A DNA stretch of 64,000 nucleotides from an archaeon. GTDB lineage: Archaea; Thermoproteota; Nitrososphaeria; Conexivisphaerales; UBA164. The stretch covers positions 3,044 to 67,043 of the forward strand of contig JAJYTP010000001.1 of assembly GCA_021792955.1 (NCBI GenBank). Direction: 5' to 3'. Numbering within the stretch: position 1 is the stretch's first letter; every line of letters starts with the position of its first letter. Of this stretch, positions 17,241-27,852 are shown piece by piece. The position numbers were made by a program, and so were the translations under genes. The notes under the pieces are model-generated. The model was not told the origin of the DNA. It worked only from the letters and a program-made list of their open reading frames with translations, and ran no database searches.

Positions 17241-18434
17241 ATGGTAAAGAAAATTGTGCTCGCCTATTCGGGCGGGCTGGACACATCCGTGGCGATCAAG
17301 TGGCTGGCGGAGGAGTATTCCTCTTCGGTCATTACGGTGACCGTCAACCTGGGCCAGTTTGAAGACCTTGAGGAGATAGGCAAAAGGGCCTATAAAACTG
17401 GGGCCATAAAGCATTATAGCATAGACGCGCTCGACGAATTCTCCATGGATTTTATAGCTCCTGAGATAGCATCAAATGGGCTATATGAAGGAAAGTATCC
17501 GCTGGCCACTGCGCTGGCGAGGCCCCTCATAGCAAAGAAGATGGTGGAAGTTGCTAAGAAGGAGGGTGCTGATATGGTGGCGCACGGCAGCACCGGAAAG
17601 GGCAATGACCAGGTACGCTTTGACGTAACCATCAAGGCGCTAGCACCAAACATAAAGGTCATCGCGCCCGTTAGGGAGTGGGATATGAACCGCAGCATGG
17701 AAATCGAGTACGCTAAGAAAAAGGAGATACCTGTTTCCATAAAGAAGAGTGAGTTTAGCATCGACGAAAACCTGTGGGGCAGGTCTGCGGAAAGCGGTAG
17801 GCTTGAGGATCCAATGACCGAGCCGCCCGAGGAAGCGTTTGGGTGGACGAAGTCGCCTCTTGACGCGCCGGATAAGCCTGCATATATCGATTTGGAGTTC
17901 AAGGGTGGGCTGCCAGTCGCGATGAACGGAAAGGCGATGAAACTTTCAAGCTTGATCACTGCATTGAACAGGTTGGCTGGAGATCACGGTATAGGTAGGA
18001 TAGATCATATAGAGGATAGGCTCGTGGGCATCAAGTCGAGGGAGGTCTACGAAGCACCAGCTGCATCCGTGATCCTTGAAGCTCATAGGGACCTTGAAAA
18101 ACTGACCCTTCCCAAGTCCATACTAAACTTTAAGGCTATAGTGGATAATACGTGGGCCAAGCTCATATATGAAGGGTTATGGGTTGATCCGCTTAGACAA
18201 TCCTTGGAGGCCTTTACCAAGAGCACGCAGCAATATGTGAACGGAATTGTAAGGACAAAGTTGTACAAGGGGGGGATGAGGGTGGTTGGACGTTCCTCTA
18301 AGAACTCCCTTTATCTCAGCAACCTTGCGACGTATGGCACCGGTTCCACCTTCGACCAGAAGGCCGCCATTGGTTTCATAGAGATCTGGGGGCTGCAGGC
18401 GCGCACTGCCAAGTTGATAATGGATGGACAGTAA
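17241..18434 (+). CDS. argG: Argininosuccinate synthase
   Basis: MVKKIVLAYSGGLDTSV is the PP-loop motif. GSTGKGNDQVRF is present. AAGGAG lies 10 nt upstream of the ATG at 17241. Confidence 0.95.
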   Translation: MVKKIVLAYSGGLDTSVAIKWLAEEYSSSVITVTVNLGQFEDLEEIGKRAYKTGAIKHYSIDALDEFSMDFIAPEIASNGLYEGKYPLATALARPLIAKKMVEVAKKEGADMVAHGSTGKGNDQVRFDVTIKALAPNIKVIAPVREWDMNRSMEIEYAKKKEIPVSIKKSEFSIDENLWGRSAESGRLEDPMTEPPEEAFGWTKSPLDAPDKPAYIDLEFKGGLPVAMNGKAMKLSSLITALNRLAGDHGIGRIDHIEDRLVGIKSREVYEAPAASVILEAHRDLEKLTLPKSILNFKAIVDNTWAKLIYEGLWVDPLRQSLEAFTKSTQQYVNGIVRTKLYKGGMRVVGRSSKNSLYLSNLATYGTGSTFDQKAAIGFIEIWGLQARTAKLIMDGQ

Positions 18435-19884
18435 CAAGGACCTTCTACGGGGGGATAGGCTGGCAGGGATGGACGATCTAGCCCTGCGGCTCACTTCGTC
18501 AGTCCAGTCAGACCCGAAAATAGCTAAGGCCATAGTGCTGATAAACCTGGCTCATGTATCGCTTCTCGAAAGATCTGGGGCTATAGATCGAGAAACGCGC
18601 GCAATAATAAGCGAAGCGCTTTCAAAGGCATATAATGGCTACAGGATTGATTATCGACTGGAGGACGTTCATATGAACCTTGAAATGGCTGTCAAGGAGT
18701 CGGTTGGCGAAAAGGCCGGGTTCCTGGGGCTGGGAAAGAGCAGAAACGACCAGGTGGTCACAGCCATTCGCATGGTGGTCAAGGAGGAGCTGTTGGAAAC
18801 CGCCAGGGAATTGGGCTCCCTCATATCTAGTTTACTGGATACTTCTGCGTTAAACAAAAATACGTTCATGATTGGGATGACGCATTTGCAGCCGGCCCAG
18901 CCTAGCACCGTCGCACATTGGCTGTTGTGTTACACAGGCGCCCTTCTAAGGGACCTTAGGAGGCTCAGGGAAGCATATCACAGCTCTGATGCTTCCCCCA
19001 TGGGGGCGGCAGCTCTGGCCGGTTCTACGGTGTATATCGACAGAGCAGCGGAAGCGCTAATGTTAGGGTTTTCAGGCCTGGTGGAAAACACCATGGATTC
19101 CGTGAGTTCACGGGATTTTATAGCTGACGCGCTTTATGCGCTAGCGTCAACCGCGGTGGACATCAGCAGGGTAGCCTCTGATGTTATGTATTTGTCTTCG
19201 ACGGGCCTTATAAGGATAGCCGACGAATATGTTTCTACAAGCAGCATAATGCCACAGAAGAGAAACGCAGTCGTTGCTGAGATCATCAGGGCAAAGACCG
19301 CCGTTATAATGTCCAATCTGGAGTCCTCCATGGAGATAATGCGTGGCCTCAATCAGACGTATAATCTGGACCTTCAGGAGATAACCCCTCGTCTTTGGGC
19401 GTCCATGGAAGAAATCAAGCCCATCATAAAGGTGGTTGGGCCCATGATGGCTTCTATCAAGTATGATGAAGCAGCGATGATCAGCGCGGCATCAGCATCA
19501 CAGGTAACTGCCAGCGATGTCGCAGAATGGTTGTCGACGAGGTATGGTATCCCATTCAGGTCCGCTCACCAGCTTGTCGGGAAGGCAATAAGGGAAACGG
19601 AGGATGGTGGCTTAGGCCTCCAGGGGCTGGTGGTGAAGTATTCCAAACAGGATCTGGGCCTGGACATAGATGCAGTAGAACTGGCTAAAAGGTTTGACGT
19701 AGTTGAGAGCATAAAGCTGAGGCTTACAGAAGGAGGTCCGAATCCCATGGAATCTGATAATATAATAAGGAAGCATAGACAAACTTTACTGGAGGAGGGC
19801 GCCTGGGTTAAGGTTGAAAGCGATAGGATTAAAAAAGCTTATCAATCGTTATTAGGTGAGTCATTGAGGGATAAGGAGGTATAA
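18424..19884 (+). CDS. argH: Argininosuccinate lyase
   Basis: It belongs to the fumarate-lyase family, with GKSRNDQV, MTHLQPAQP and the signature SSIMPQKRN. It overlaps the end of argG. Confidence 0.93.
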   Translation: MDSNKDLLRGDRLAGMDDLALRLTSSVQSDPKIAKAIVLINLAHVSLLERSGAIDRETRAIISEALSKAYNGYRIDYRLEDVHMNLEMAVKESVGEKAGFLGLGKSRNDQVVTAIRMVVKEELLETARELGSLISSLLDTSALNKNTFMIGMTHLQPAQPSTVAHWLLCYTGALLRDLRRLREAYHSSDASPMGAAALAGSTVYIDRAAEALMLGFSGLVENTMDSVSSRDFIADALYALASTAVDISRVASDVMYLSSTGLIRIADEYVSTSSIMPQKRNAVVAEIIRAKTAVIMSNLESSMEIMRGLNQTYNLDLQEITPRLWASMEEIKPIIKVVGPMMASIKYDEAAMISAASASQVTASDVAEWLSTRYGIPFRSAHQLVGKAIRETEDGGLGLQGLVVKYSKQDLGLDIDAVELAKRFDVVESIKLRLTEGGPNPMESDNIIRKHRQTLLEEGAWVKVESDRIKKAYQSLLGESLRDKEV

Positions 19885-19890
19885 TAGATA

Positions 19891-20064
19891 ATGAAGATCA
19901 ACTGCCAGGAATGTGGGGCTGAAATGGACATCCCCGCCGATTCCATTCCGGGGGAAATAATAAGCTGCCCAGACTGCGGCGTGGAGTACGAAATAGTTTC
20001 CATTTCTGCCGACAAAGTAGAAGTAAAGCCCGCTGAAGAAGTGGGCGAAGATTGGGGAGAATAA
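19891..20064 (+). CDS. lysW: Amino-group carrier protein LysW (57 aa, not in the ORF track)
   Basis: Hand translation gives MKINCQECGAEMDIPADSIPGEIISCPDCGVEYEI...EEVGEDWGE*. It has the zinc ribbon and the diagnostic C-terminal EDWGE. AAGGAGGT lies upstream. Confidence 0.9.
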   Translation: MKINCQECGAEMDIPADSIPGEIISCPDCGVEYEIVSISADKVEVKPAEEVGEDWGE

Positions 20065-20930
20065 CTTCAGAATTGGCCAAATTAAGCATAGTGTTCGATC
20101 GCCTTAGATGGGAAGAAAAGGAATTATTTGAAAGGGCTAAAGAAGAGGGCCTGGAGGTCAACCTTGTGGATGCCAAATCCATGCCGCTCGATCTGACTTC
20201 TTCGAGCGTGCCTTCATCCATAGCCGACCTTGTCCTGCAGCGAACCATAAGTCATTACCGGGGGCTGTACTATGCGGCCATACTCGAAAGATGGGGCTAC
20301 AGGGTCATAAATTCTTACAAATCATCTCATCTTTGTGGAAACAAGTTGCTGACTACGCTTCTGCTTTCCCAGAACGGCATACCGACGCCGCATACCTTCA
20401 TCGCTTTCTCAAGGGATTCAGCGCTTCAGATCATGGACAAGATGGGTTATCCTGTGGTCATAAAGCCGATAACCGGTAGCTGGGGGAGGATGATAGCCAA
20501 GGTGAGGGATAGGGATGAAGCTGAGGCCCTGCTGGAAACAAGGGAAATGCTGCCGGACCCACAGCAACAGATTTACTACGTGCAGGAATACATAAACAGG
20601 CCACCGCGGGACATCAGGAGCGTAGTGGTGGGGGACAGGGTGGTGGCGACCATATACAGGTATCAGCCGGATGACGACTGGAAGACCAACATAGCAAGGG
20701 GGGGCAAGGCGGAGCTGCTGAAACCAGATAGTGAACTGGAGGAACTGATGCTCAAGGCCGCAAAGGTAGTCGGTGGAGAAATCCTCGGAATAGATGCCAT
20801 GGAGTCGTCGAACGGTTATGTGCTCCACGAAATCAACAACAACGTAGAGTTCAAGGGCGCGTCCTCGGTCAGCGAAAAAAATATAGCATCTGAAATTATA
20901 AAATATGTAAAGGGTAGTGAATCAAAATGA
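20052..20930 (+). CDS. lysX: RimK-type ATP-grasp ligase that loads LysW (LysX or ArgX paralog 1)
   Basis: It carries SIVFDRLRWEEKEL, GYPVVIKPITGSWGR and EINNNVEF. The start codon is ambiguous: TTG at 20052, TTG at 20073, or a GTG further downstream. It lies directly after lysW. Confidence 0.85.
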   Translation: MGRITSELAKLSIVFDRLRWEEKELFERAKEEGLEVNLVDAKSMPLDLTSSSVPSSIADLVLQRTISHYRGLYYAAILERWGYRVINSYKSSHLCGNKLLTTLLLSQNGIPTPHTFIAFSRDSALQIMDKMGYPVVIKPITGSWGRMIAKVRDRDEAEALLETREMLPDPQQQIYYVQEYINRPPRDIRSVVVGDRVVATIYRYQPDDDWKTNIARGGKAELLKPDSELEELMLKAAKVVGGEILGIDAMESSNGYVLHEINNNVEFKGASSVSEKNIASEIIKYVKGSESK

Positions 20931-21976
20931 GCATTAAGGTAGTCGTGCTGGGGGGCTCTGGATATGTTGGAGGGGAACTGTTGCGTATTCTGGCGAATCA
21001 TCCGGATGTGACGATAACTGCGGCTGGCTCAGTTCATTATGCTGGTGAATACCTGCACAGGGTGCACCCAAATTTAAAGGGTGTACTTGATTTGAAATTC
21101 AGCGGTGAAGATCCGCTCAAGTTGGGCGCTGCAGCCGATGTTATCTTCTGCGCCCTGCCGCATGGGTCCTCGCTTAAGGTGGTTCCCAAGCTGATGGATA
21201 TGGGGGTGAGGATCGTAGATATGAGCGCCGATTTCAGGCTTACCAACGCTGAATCGTATAAGACATGGTATGGTTATGAGCATCCATACCCGGACCTCCT
21301 CAAAAAATTCGTATATGGCTTGGCTGAGCTTCACAGGGAGCAGATCAAGGGAAGCAGGTACATAGCTGCCCCTGGTTGTATGGCCGCTGCGGCCATTTTG
21401 GCCCTTGCGCCCATAGCAAAGGGGATGGATATAGAAGGGCCTATAGTGGTCGACGCCAAAATAGGTTCATCCGGAGCCGGCGGTAAGCCGTCCCTGGCTA
21501 CCCACTTTTCCGAGAGGTTTGGCGTGGTGAGGCCATACAAGCCCGTTGGTCACCGCCATACCGGTGAGATAGAACAGGAAATCAAGTTTGTATCAGGAAA
21601 GGATTACAGGGTCGCAATGAGCGCCCACGCCGTCAACATGGTAAGGGGAATTCTAGCAACTTCCCATGTATTTACGAAGACCGACGCAGCAGCGGTATGG
21701 AAGGCCTTGAGATCATTCTATATATCGGAGCCGTTCATAAGGTTCATAAGGGACAAGGCCGGCCTATACAGGTATCCTGATCCCAAGATAGTCATAGGGT
21801 CAAACTTTGCGGATATAGGATTTGAAGTTGACCCTCATTTAAACAGGCTGGTGATGCTTTCAGCGATAGACAACCTGATCAAAGGGGCTGCGGGAAGCGC
21901 GGTCCAGTCAATGAACCTGTCCTTGGGGCTCAATGAGAAGGCCGGACTGGGAATGGCGGCCTTGCATCCAGTATAG
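20927..21976 (+). CDS. lysY: [LysW]-aminoadipyl/glutamyl-phosphate reductase (ArgC/LysY)
   Basis: The NAD motif is VVVLGGSGYVGGELLR, and the catalytic Cys context is APGCMAAA. It overlaps lysX by ATGA. Confidence 0.9.
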   Translation: MSIKVVVLGGSGYVGGELLRILANHPDVTITAAGSVHYAGEYLHRVHPNLKGVLDLKFSGEDPLKLGAAADVIFCALPHGSSLKVVPKLMDMGVRIVDMSADFRLTNAESYKTWYGYEHPYPDLLKKFVYGLAELHREQIKGSRYIAAPGCMAAAAILALAPIAKGMDIEGPIVVDAKIGSSGAGGKPSLATHFSERFGVVRPYKPVGHRHTGEIEQEIKFVSGKDYRVAMSAHAVNMVRGILATSHVFTKTDAAAVWKALRSFYISEPFIRFIRDKAGLYRYPDPKIVIGSNFADIGFEVDPHLNRLVMLSAIDNLIKGAAGSAVQSMNLSLGLNEKAGLGMAALHPV

Positions 21977-21989
21977 GTGGCTGGTTACT

Positions 21990-22796
21990 ATGATGACGGT
22001 GATCAAGATCGGAGGGAGCCTCATTGCAAGCGGCCCTGTGGAAAATATGCTCGGGGATATAGCTAGGCTACTTACCACGGAATCCGAGAAGATCATCTTG
22101 GTTCATGGGGGTGGCAAGATAATTACAGAATACTCTGAAAGGCTCGGGGTCAAGCCCACCTTCATATTTTCCCCCGAGGGAATAAGGAGCAGATACACTG
22201 ACAAGGAGACGGCCGATATATATAATATGGTGATGGGTAAGATAAATTCGCAGCTGGTTTTAGGGCTTGCCATCAAAGGGATCAGGGCCTTTGGCCTGTC
22301 AGGAATCGATGGATGGACGATCAGGGCAGAAAGAAAGAAAAGGCTTCTTATAATAGACGAAAAAGGGAGGAAGAGGGCCATAGAGGGAGGTTATACCGGA
22401 AAGGTCAAAGAAGTGAACACGGGGGCCCTGTCGGCCCTCATCTCTGCCGGTTATCTTCCTGTAATTTCACCTGTAGCCATGGGATTTGAAGGGGAGGCAT
22501 TGAATATAGATGGCGACCGGACAGCGGCTGCCATAGCGGCCGCGCTTAAGGCTGACAGGCTGGTTATATTTACCGATGTTGATGGGCTCCTGATGGACGG
22601 CAAGCTCGTCGAACACATGGATAGAGGAGAAGCCAAGGAGACCCTTAGGAAGGTAGGACCAGGGATGGATAAGAAGGTAATGGCCTGTATAGAGGCGCTT
22701 GAAGGTGGCGTTAGGGAGAGCGTAATCTCCAGCGGGCTGGTCCAGCATCCACTGGAGAACGCTCTTGAAGGGCAACACAGGACGGTGATAGTTTGA
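21990..22796 (+). CDS. lysZ: [LysW]-aminoadipate/glutamate kinase (ArgB/LysZ)
   Basis: MMTVIKIGGSLI, VHGGG and NIDGD are amino-acid kinase family motifs. The ATG at 21990 is preferred over the track start. Confidence 0.88.
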   Translation: MMTVIKIGGSLIASGPVENMLGDIARLLTTESEKIILVHGGGKIITEYSERLGVKPTFIFSPEGIRSRYTDKETADIYNMVMGKINSQLVLGLAIKGIRAFGLSGIDGWTIRAERKKRLLIIDEKGRKRAIEGGYTGKVKEVNTGALSALISAGYLPVISPVAMGFEGEALNIDGDRTAAAIAAALKADRLVIFTDVDGLLMDGKLVEHMDRGEAKETLRKVGPGMDKKVMACIEALEGGVRESVISSGLVQHPLENALEGQHRTVIV

Positions 22797-24016
22797 TGGA
22801 TGCTAATAATGGCGTTGGTTTCAATTTCAGGGAGATCGAAGACAGAAGGCTCTTCAGCACCTATCAGAAGTATGATTTAGACCTGTCCAGAGGCCTAGGG
22901 GCTAGGGTCTGGGATACGGCCGGAAGGGAATACCTGGACTTTATGGCCGGATACGGGGTAGCCATAATGGGGCACAGGCATCCGGAGATAGTAAAGGCGC
23001 TCAAGGACCAATTAGACAAGCTCATGATATGCCATGGCTCGGTATATAATGAAGCAAGGGCGAAATTCCTTGATGAGCTATTCAGGGTGGCGCCGCCCCA
23101 GATGAGCAGGGTTTTTCTATCCAACAGTGGAGCGGAGGCCGTTGAAGTAGCCCTCAAGCTGGCACGCAAGTACACCGGCAAAAAGGAATTCATAGCATTT
23201 ACCGGCGCGTATCATGGAAAGACGCTCGGCGCGCTTTCGGTCACTCATGCGCCTAAATATAGGGGGAGCTTTGCACCGCTGCTGCAGAATGTAAGATTCG
23301 CCAGCTTTGGGGATATAGCCAGCCTGGAGGCGCTAGATGGCTCGGACGTGGCCGCAATAATAGTGGAGCCGGTACAGGGGGAGGGGGGAGTGAACATCCC
23401 CAGTGATGATTTCCTGCCTGCGGTTGAGGATAAGGCAAGGCGCCTGGGCGCCCTCTTCATAGTTGATGAAATCCAATCTGGGTTGGGTAGGACGGGGAAA
23501 TGGTGGGCCCATCAACACTGGAAGGTGGAGCCGGATATAATGACGCTTGGCAAGGGAATAGGCGGTGGGATACCGATGGGCGCCACCCTTGCTAGGGAAG
23601 ATGTGGCAAACTCCTTGAAGATCGGTGAACAGTCTACAACCATGGGCGGCAATCCACTAGCGTCCGTGGGGGGAACCAGCACGTTGAAGCTCATAGGGCC
23701 CATGCTTGACGACATAAATACAAAGGGGGCGGCCCTGCTCCAAGGCTTAAGGAAGATAGGTGAAGAAAGCAGGCTGGTAAAGGAGGTGAGGGGAAAGGGG
23801 TTGATGCTCGCCATAGAATTGAGGGTAAGGTTTCAGGATACGCTGTTCGAAATGCTGAATGAGGGCATGATTTCACTTTATTCAGGGCACACCGCTCTGA
23901 GATTCCTCCCCCCTTATGTAATAACCCAGAGGGATATCGATGACGCGCTGAGGATAACCGGCAGCTCAATACGAAAATCCGAGAGCAACGCGCTATCCCA
24001 TCAGGCCTTGACTTGA
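22793..24016 (+). CDS. lysJ: Class-III aminotransferase (ArgD/LysJ)
   Basis: It carries LSNSGAEAVE, DEIQSGLGRTG and the PLP-Lys context MTLGKGIGGG. Confidence 0.9.
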   Translation: MMDANNGVGFNFREIEDRRLFSTYQKYDLDLSRGLGARVWDTAGREYLDFMAGYGVAIMGHRHPEIVKALKDQLDKLMICHGSVYNEARAKFLDELFRVAPPQMSRVFLSNSGAEAVEVALKLARKYTGKKEFIAFTGAYHGKTLGALSVTHAPKYRGSFAPLLQNVRFASFGDIASLEALDGSDVAAIIVEPVQGEGGVNIPSDDFLPAVEDKARRLGALFIVDEIQSGLGRTGKWWAHQHWKVEPDIMTLGKGIGGGIPMGATLAREDVANSLKIGEQSTTMGGNPLASVGGTSTLKLIGPMLDDINTKGAALLQGLRKIGEESRLVKEVRGKGLMLAIELRVRFQDTLFEMLNEGMISLYSGHTALRFLPPYVITQRDIDDALRITGSSIRKSESNALSHQALT

Positions 24017-24170
24017 ACACCCCCATGCATCTGCTACCGCCCTCCCTCATCCATAATCTGCATGGGTGAGCGCTCTGTTCCGGTAATTTGCACAGGATCA
24101 TCAAACGAAGCCGAATACCTTCATTTATTGTCCGAAAAACGTTTTTAAGAGGGGGTTATAACGGCATAAC

Positions 24171-24581
24171 ATGGATGATAAGGATAGAAAGCTCATAGAT
24201 ATGCTGAAGTCCGACGGCAGAGCGTCATATGTCGCCCTGGGACATGAACTGGGGCTATCAGAAGCGGCGGTCAGGCGCAGGATCAAGGCCCTTATGGAGA
24301 AGGGGATTATAGAACGGTTCACGGTGGAGATAAGGGAGGAGGAAAAGGCTAAGGCGCTTACGTTAATATCCGTAAACCCCTCTGCCACAACTTCACAGGT
24401 GGCTGAGAAGCTGATTAAGATACAAAATGTGGATAAGATCTACGAGATAACCGGTGAATATGATATAGTGGCCCTGATATCAGCTTCTAATATCGTCGAA
24501 GCTAACGCCTGTATTGACGATATTCGGAAATCAGAAGGGGTAACCAATACGAATACCATCATTATTTTGAAAGAAATATGA
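24171..24581 (+). CDS. Lrp/AsnC-family transcriptional regulator
   Basis: The N-terminal HTH reads DRKLIDMLKSDGRASYVALGHELGLSEAAVRRRIKALMEKGII. A RAM domain follows. Confidence 0.88.
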   Translation: MDDKDRKLIDMLKSDGRASYVALGHELGLSEAAVRRRIKALMEKGIIERFTVEIREEEKAKALTLISVNPSATTSQVAEKLIKIQNVDKIYEITGEYDIVALISASNIVEANACIDDIRKSEGVTNTNTIIILKEI

Positions 24582-24629
24582 TGTTTAAGAACGATAAACG
24601 TTAATAACCCATTACGGTCAACGGTTAGC

Positions 24630-25820
24630 ATGCAGAATACCGAAGAATTCGATGATGTGGACAGAATCGGCCATTCAATTGAATTTAACGGCCGGCCGGA
24701 CACAACGCCCAGGCCCGTTAAAATATTGGATACTACCCTTAGGGAGGGAGAACAGTCGCCAAATGTGTCCCTAACCATGCGCCAAAGGCTACAGATAGCC
24801 TGGATGCTGGATTATTTCGGCGTTGACGCCATAGAAATAAGCCCAATCATATCAGAGGATTATAGGGAGTCGTGCAAAAAGCTGTTGAATGCCGGCCTTT
24901 CGGCTAAGATAGTTGCTCACGGGCGTGCCCTTAAAGAGGATATAGATATTTCGATGTCGTGTGGTGCTGACTATGTAGCAATGTACCATTCGGTATCCGA
25001 TATCCATCTGAAGTACAAACTAAAGGTTAACAGGGAGGAAGCGTTGAGGAGGGCCACAGAAGCGGTTCAGTACGCCAAATCCCACGGTCTCTACGTTCGC
25101 ATGACCTTAGAGGATGCCTGCAGGGCGGACCCGGAATATATGGTGCAATTTGCAAAGGAGATGGAAAAGGCGGGGGCGGACAGGCTTAGCATTCCTGATA
25201 CTGTGGGTATAATGAGGCCAATCGGCATGTATAGGCTGGTGTCCCTTATAAGATCTAATGTTAAGGTACCACTTGATGTTCATTGCCACAATGACATGGG
25301 GCTCGCACTGGCTAACGCACTGGCTTCATATGAAGCGGGGGCGGATCAAATTCACGCCACAATAGGGGGGGTGGGGGAGAGGGTCGGGATAACCGACCTA
25401 GCCCAGCTCGTGATATCGCTGCTGGTGCTGTACAGGCTGAAGTTAAATGTACGCTATGACATGCTGGCCGAACTTTCTGGTCTCCTGGCAACATATGCCA
25501 ACTATCAGACACCATCAAATTCGCCGCTGGTTGGCGCAAACGCCTATAAGCATAAGGCGGGTACCCATATAGCTGCGATATTGAAAAGCCCAAACGCCTA
25601 TGAGATAGTTCCACCAAGCACCGTAGGAAACAGGAGGAGCCTTGTATTTGGCGAGCTTCTAGGCAAGAACGGCTCGGCCTTCTTCCTTAAATTGCTCGGG
25701 ATGAAAGTTGATGATACGGCGATAAAATCCTTCTCTAAGGGGATGAAGGATCTGCGGCGGGGGGACCTGTTCGAGCTGGAACTTACTAAGGAAATGGAGA
25801 GGGCAATACTATCAGAATAG
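24630..25820 (+). CDS. Homocitrate synthase-like enzyme, a short-form member of the HMGL/IPMS family
   Basis: It carries ILDTTLREGEQSP and HCHNDMGLALAN and lacks a LeuA regulatory domain. The lysX/lysK context favours homocitrate synthase over IPMS or citramalate synthase. Confidence 0.6.
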   Translation: MQNTEEFDDVDRIGHSIEFNGRPDTTPRPVKILDTTLREGEQSPNVSLTMRQRLQIAWMLDYFGVDAIEISPIISEDYRESCKKLLNAGLSAKIVAHGRALKEDIDISMSCGADYVAMYHSVSDIHLKYKLKVNREEALRRATEAVQYAKSHGLYVRMTLEDACRADPEYMVQFAKEMEKAGADRLSIPDTVGIMRPIGMYRLVSLIRSNVKVPLDVHCHNDMGLALANALASYEAGADQIHATIGGVGERVGITDLAQLVISLLVLYRLKLNVRYDMLAELSGLLATYANYQTPSNSPLVGANAYKHKAGTHIAAILKSPNAYEIVPPSTVGNRRSLVFGELLGKNGSAFFLKLLGMKVDDTAIKSFSKGMKDLRRGDLFELELTKEMERAILSE

Positions 25821-25830
25821 GTGAGCGTCA

Positions 25831-26682
25831 ATGAAGGTATCGATGCTATACGATATAATAAGGTGGGAGGAAAAGGCCCTTTACGAAGCATCAAAAAAGC
25901 GTAATATAGATATGAAGATGCTTGATGTCAGGGAGGAAATATTTGACACGTCGGACGGCAGGGCCGAAAGGTTTGGCGATATCTCCCTACAGCGGTGCGT
26001 TGGCCATTACAGGAACCTGCACACAACGGCATTTGTTGAGGGGCAGGGGGTTAAGGTCGTCAATGACCTAAGAAGCAGTGAGCTAACCGGAAACAAGCTC
26101 TTCACTATACTGGCGCTTAAAAAGGCCGGCGTTCCGGTCCCCCGTACGATAGTCTCCTTCAGTCAGGAAAAGGCATACCAATCGTTCAGGGAGCTCGGGA
26201 ACAAGGCCGTGATCAAGCCCGTAACGGGTTCGTGGGGGAGGATGATAGGGCTGCTTGAAAGCGATTCCGCCGCGCGGGCGGTTCTAGAGGATAGGGAGTA
26301 TATGTATCCACTCTATCAGGTATATTACATGCAGGAATATGTCAAGAGGCCCCCCAGGGACATAAGGGCGTTCGTAGCTGGGGACAGGGTTATAGCGGCC
26401 ATATACAGGTTGCAGCCCCCTGATGACTGGCGTACCAACACGGCCAGAGGCGGTAAGGCGATCAACTGCCCTATTACCAAAGAACTGGAGGATATCGCGC
26501 TCAAGGCCACATCCACGGTTGGCGATGGCATATTCGGCGTGGACCTGATGGAATCAGAAGCCGGAATGGTGGTTCACGAAATAAACGGCACCACTGAATT
26601 CAAGAACTCTGTACCTGCCACCGGAATAGATATACCCGGCTTAATGCTCGACTATATCATTGAAAGACATGGAAGAAGTTGA
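25831..26682 (+). CDS. Second RimK-type ATP-grasp LysW ligase (LysX/ArgX paralog 2)
   Basis: It carries MLYDIIRWEEKAL, KAVIKPVTGSWGR and EINGTTEF. It is clearly paralogous to 20052-20930. Confidence 0.85.
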   Translation: MKVSMLYDIIRWEEKALYEASKKRNIDMKMLDVREEIFDTSDGRAERFGDISLQRCVGHYRNLHTTAFVEGQGVKVVNDLRSSELTGNKLFTILALKKAGVPVPRTIVSFSQEKAYQSFRELGNKAVIKPVTGSWGRMIGLLESDSAARAVLEDREYMYPLYQVYYMQEYVKRPPRDIRAFVAGDRVIAAIYRLQPPDDWRTNTARGGKAINCPITKELEDIALKATSTVGDGIFGVDLMESEAGMVVHEINGTTEFKNSVPATGIDIPGLMLDYIIERHGRS

Positions 26683-27772
26683 ATTTCTTAGCAGGCTGAT
26701 CGGGATATATTCGCCCAGCGATCATGAGGCTGAAATTTCTGACTTCATATATGATCATTTGAAAGGGGTCGTTGGCTTCAGCAGCGTGGAAAGGGACGAC
26801 GTAGCTAACGTGATCGCGCATGTGAAAGAGGGAAGGCCAATGGTATATCTGTTCGGCCATATGGATACAGTTGAAGGCAATTTGCGCGCTTCGATTGATG
26901 AACGGTACATAAGGGGTAGGGGGGCAGTGGATGCCAAGGGTCCGCTCGGCGCGCTCGTTTACGGCGCGCGCGGCGCGCTCGACGCGGGGGCCAAGTGCGG
27001 AATAACCCTGGCGCTTTTAGTCGATGAAGAGGGTATGAACAGGGGAATAAAACGCTTTATTGAAACTAGGGATGAGCCCGACTTCGCCATATTTGGAGAG
27101 CCAAGCGGGGTTAATCAGGTCGCGATAGGCTATAAGGGGCGCCTTCTTCTCAAAGTGGATATTGAATCGCGTCCGTATCACGCAGCATCACCGTGGTTGG
27201 GCTCCAACAGCATAGACATCGCAATGGAAACAATAAATTCAATTAACGGGAAACTGGCTGATATCAACCGCGGCGCTGAAGGCTATTTTGATAAGGTTAC
27301 AGCGGTCGTGACGAAGTTCGTAGCTGGTGATTCGCTTAACAGGGCGCCGGCCCTTTCCCAGTTCTTTCTGGACATAAGGTATCCACCGGGGTTATCAAGG
27401 TCTGATATCATTGATAAATTGAACTTGCGGGGTCCGAATTTGAAATATGAGGTGATGGACCTGATAGAGCCTACCCTTACGAGGCCATCAAACGAGCTAT
27501 GCAGGGCATTTTCAAGGTCCATATACAAGGTTACGGGCTCCAAGGGGGCTTTCGTTAAAAAGACCGGAACCAGTGACGGAAACGTATTTTATTCTAAATA
27601 TAAGGTGCCGTTGGTCGCATACGGCCCTGGAGATTCTAGGCTAGCGCATACAGATGATGAAGTTCTGGCGATAGATGAATATATGGCATCCATAGCCGTG
27701 GTCAAGGAAACCCTTATCGAGCTGGGCAAAATTACGAACGGGCCGACCTTATCCCATGAAATTTCCCCTTAG
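26669..27772 (+). CDS. lysK: M20 metallopeptidase, [LysW]-lysine/ornithine hydrolase (ArgE/LysK)
   Basis: It carries LFGHMDTV, GRGAVDAKG and VDEEG. It overlaps the end of the preceding ligase. Confidence 0.85.
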   Translation: MEEVEFLSRLIGIYSPSDHEAEISDFIYDHLKGVVGFSSVERDDVANVIAHVKEGRPMVYLFGHMDTVEGNLRASIDERYIRGRGAVDAKGPLGALVYGARGALDAGAKCGITLALLVDEEGMNRGIKRFIETRDEPDFAIFGEPSGVNQVAIGYKGRLLLKVDIESRPYHAASPWLGSNSIDIAMETINSINGKLADINRGAEGYFDKVTAVVTKFVAGDSLNRAPALSQFFLDIRYPPGLSRSDIIDKLNLRGPNLKYEVMDLIEPTLTRPSNELCRAFSRSIYKVTGSKGAFVKKTGTSDGNVFYSKYKVPLVAYGPGDSRLAHTDDEVLAIDEYMASIAVVKETLIELGKITNGPTLSHEISP

Positions 27773-27852
27773 GTCAATCCCCCGGTAACGGGAGGCTTTG
27801 AAATGGCTGATAAGAGTTAAATATAGAAGCTTCCCTAGTGAACGTGATAGAT